From: Hormiphora californensis
Lineage: Eukaryota > Animalia > Ctenophora
Direction of reading: 5' to 3'
DNA: 64,000 bases
Assembly: GCA_020137815.1 (NCBI GenBank)
Contig: CM035351.1
Coordinates: 2,418,001 to 2,482,000, forward strand
This document shows positions 60,677 through 64,000 of this stretch, piece by piece. The position numbers and the translations under genes were made by a program. The notes under the pieces are model-generated. The model was not told the origin of the DNA. It ran no database searches and worked only from the letters and a program-made list of their open reading frames with translations. The stretch's first letter is position 1. Every line of letters starts with the position of its first letter.

Positions 60677-62120
60677 TTTCTAACTCCTGCAAGTCAGGGT
60701 GATAAGAACTGTTATTGGGAGGGGAGAAGAGGTAATGAAATATGTATGTAGGTAGATTAATTAGTTTGAAAAATGTCTCTAAATTTGAACTCAATAAATT
60801 TCTAAAATTTGAATTTTTGGAACTCCTCTACTATTTACTCACGTTATCTCCATGTCATACAGAGCCACCTGTAAAACAATTCAAGTTTGAATTTAAATAT
60901 TAAATCAAAAATTGCAAATGACAACTAGGCAGCAGCAGCTAATTAAAACTCTATAAAATAAGATAAAATGGAGTACGGAATCTATGAAACAAATCAAGAA
61001 ACAATCGCAAGAAATATAAACGATAAACCACGGTTTAGTGCGATCAAGTAACAGGGTATGAAACAATCAAAGTGTAAACAACTAAATATATGCTGCCGGG
61101 GTGCGATGCCGCGGTGCTGAGTAAACAATTTACCAATGTCTCACCCTATAATGTGTGGCACCCTGACTAACAGTTGACAGGTCATGCCATGAATAAATCA
61201 ACATAACAATATCTCGATATATCGTCACGACATGGTGACGCAAATCCAAGCCAAACAAAATGTAACAATAATTATGAGCATAGGATTTAACGCGAATTAT
61301 GCGTTTATTTGTCAGCCATTCCTGTCTCCGCATTTATTATAAGCTATGTACGATTCTCCGATATTTATCTCTTTATCTCTCCCTTCCTCTATCTCTCTCT
61401 ATCTATCCGTCTATCCCTCCCTATCTATCCGTCTATCTATCCCTCCCTCCCTATCCCTCTACATCTATCTCGCCATATAACTGACAGTTTCAGTTACAAG
61501 GTCCCATTTGCGCCCTCTCTATTGACTATTATCTTATTACAGCTCCCCTTCTGACACCAGGTCCCCTCTACTAATGCCGTTTTAGTAATCCTTATTGGTA
61601 TGCTGAGCTATGTAGGGTGCTGTCTAAACACTATGGTTTTTTTTTTTTTTATGTCTTCATCGTTCCTATATCTGTCACCCCCCACCACATCATGTGAACC
61701 CTGTCAGGCAATTGCTGACCCTATTTGCTTCAATCACGAAGGCAGGTCAGGCGGGCTAAGTCTGACAGCGTCTATACAACATACATGTGAGGTGGAGTTT
61801 GACAGATATCATCTCTGCAGCCATTTAATTGACTTCGGACTTCCGTATACTACGAGCACCCAATCTCTGGTGCTCTATGTCTTTTTGACCAATCACGGAA
61901 AGTTAGACTAGCAGTATATAGTCAATTAAACTTCTTGGCATAGCATATGACGACACCCTAGAGACTAGCTGAAAAGCAGGGTGTGGAAGCGGGGTCAGAT
62001 GTTCATGAGCAAGCATGTATATGTTCGTGTGTGAGACGGGAGTGAACGCCGTGTGCTGGTCGTGCAATTTGATAGTGTTCGTGAAAAATGGTTATGCTCA
62101 AGGGTAAAGATAAATAGAAA

Positions 62121-62201
<81 letters not shown>

Positions 62202-62338
62202 AGAGAGCTAGAGAGATAGATTAAGATAGATAGAGAAAGGGATAAATTCAATATATACATCATGAATATAAAGAAATAATCCCGGCTGGCTCCTATCGAC
62301 AGGCTGTCCATAGCGAGAGAGAGAGAGTGAGAGAGAGA

Positions 62339-62376
<38 letters not shown>

Positions 62377-62382
62377 GAGAGA

Positions 62383-62419
<37 letters not shown>

Positions 62420-63880
62420 CAGAAGGAGAGGACTACCGACCGGATCCACTTTTGCGGGAAAGGACTACCAATCACCAACACCCTCGGCCTAAGCTAAGAC
62501 GCAAACCCGCCCAGTCTGGATGGATACTGCTGCTGCTTCAGTACAGCACCATAACAGACAGCCACCATCACTCCATAAGCCCCCCCCCTCCCCCCGGAAA
62601 TCCACAGGCGCAAATGTGGGTTCGGTACTCCTCTCTTCAGGGTAAATGGTGTCCGGAAGAAAAGGCCGGTAGGTGACGTGGATGAGTGGCTTGTGATGTA
62701 CGCATTAAGCTGCGGTAAGGTGCTGGCTGAGTTGACTTGCGTGTTGTGCCAACTTTTTGAAGATGGTCAGTACCACAGCCTGTGGCACTGTACCACAGGC
62801 TGTGGTACTTTCCACCAGCCTAAGGAACCCTCACCCTAACTCTACCCCGGTGGAAAAGAAAGATGGAGAGAAAGGGAAAAAACAAAGAAAAAAAGAGAAG
62901 CGAAGAGAAGTGGATAAGAGAGAGGAAGAGGAGAGAGCGGGGTGGTTCATAGAAAAAAAAAAAAAAAAACCCCCCCAAAAAGGGAAAAAACCCCCCTTTC
63001 CCCCACCCCCCCCCCCCCCCGGGGGGGGAATTTTAAAAAGGGGGGTTTGGGGGGGGGGGGGAAAAAAAGGGGGGGGGAAAACCCTTAAAAAAATTTTTTT
63101 TAAAAAAAAAGGGGTTGGGGGGCCCCCCCAAAAACGGCCCAAGGTTCCCCCCCCAAAAAAAAAGAGGGGGGGGAAAAAATTTCCCCCGGGGGCCCCAAAA
63201 AAAAAAAAAAATTTTTTTTTTTAAAAAAAGGGCCCCCCGGGGGGGTTGGGGGTTTTTTTAAAAAAGGGGGGCCCCCCAAAATTTTAAAGGGCCCCCCCCC
63301 CCCGGGGGAAAAAGGGGGGGTTTTTTCCCCCCAAAAAGGGGGAAAAAATTTTCCCCTGGGGAGGGTTGGGGGGGGTTTTTAAAAAAAAAAAAAAGGGGGG
63401 GAAAGGTTTGGGGGAAAAAAGGGGGAAAAAAAAGGGCCCCCGGGGGGAAAAAAGGGGGGGCCCCCCCCCCAAAAAGGGGGGGTTTTTTTGGGGGGAAAAA
63501 ACGCCCCAGGGGGGGGGTCGCTCCATTTGCGAAGGACTACCAAAAATGGCCTAGCTGGAGAAATGGGTTCGTGTCTAGTACAGCCCCATAACAGACCCCC
63601 CTCCCCCGGAAATCCACAGCCGCAAATGTGGGTTCGGTACTCCTCTCTTCAGGTAAATGGTGTCCGGAAGAAAAGGCCGGGTAGTTGACTGGATGAGTGG
63701 CTCTTGTGATGGTACGCATTAAGCTGGGCGGTAAGGTGCTGGCTGAGTTTGCCTTGCCGTGTTGTGCCAAACTTTTTGAAGATGGTCAGTACCACAGCCT
63801 GTGGCACTGTACCACAGGCTGTGGTACTTTCCACCTAGCCTAAGGAACCCTCACCCTAACTCTACCCCGGTGGATAAATG
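62420..63880 (+). repeat. Two copies (~62420-62860, ~63520-63880) of a ~400-bp element with a 17-bp perfect hairpin, flanked by (GA)n and separated by low-quality sequence
   Basis: Both copies share aaatgtgggttcggtactcctctcttcagg ... agtaccacagcctgtgg-cactgta-ccacaggctgtggtact ... cctcaccctaactctaccccggtgga. Confidence 0.7.
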
Positions 63881-64000
63881 AGAAAGAATGGGAGAGAGAA
63901 AAGGGAGAAAAAAAGAAAGGAAGCTAGAGAGAGAGAGTGAGAGAGAGAGAGGGAGAGAGAGAGAGAGAGGGGGGGGGGTGGTTTCAAAATTAAGTTTTCA

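Noticed and set aside
62950-63510. G/C/A/T homopolymer-rich stretch with Lys/Gly/Pro/Phe ORFs, a possible G-quadruplex region
   Set aside because: The pattern is typical of degraded low-quality read sequence after a homopolymer, not biological sequence.

Overview
This is a gene-dense eukaryotic (animal) window with short GT-AG introns, long (GA/TC)n microsatellites and many nested DNA transposons and LINEs. A nested antisense gene, an unpaired splice acceptor just before almost every start codon, and a divergent Shaker channel suggest a trans-splicing ctenophore-like genome (inference). Gene order: disrupted PHD-F-box-LRR gene (-); SmG (-); piggyBac-type MITE containing a deleted CR1 LINE; hAT-like MITE carrying two tRNA-derived units; SPT small subunit (-); INTS10 (-), whose introns hold an antisense Kv1-like channel, a foldback MITE and an R4/Dong-type retroelement; a three-element MITE nest; a secreted double-pentraxin gene plus a duplicate separated by an RTE LINE; an intronless prokaryote/phage-type MazG (-); a chromodomain protein with a C-terminal TM helix (-); an RRM-MYND-Tudor (Vreteno-like) gene (+); ALG5 (+); a second foldback MITE; and a gene for a roughly 7,200-aa protein (-). 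The giant protein has nine calponin-homology domains, over 5,000 aa of alternating Ser/Asp and Ser/Lys blocks, and C-terminal TQT motifs, mostly in one 21-kb exon. Several single-base frameshifts are probably sequencing errors, and 62950-63510 is low-quality read sequence. The strongest leads are the giant multi-CH polyampholyte protein, the Kv channel with a ~148-aa turret insert and degenerate S4, the tail-anchored chromodomain next to a candidate HGT MazG, and the operon-like trans-spliced gene pairs.
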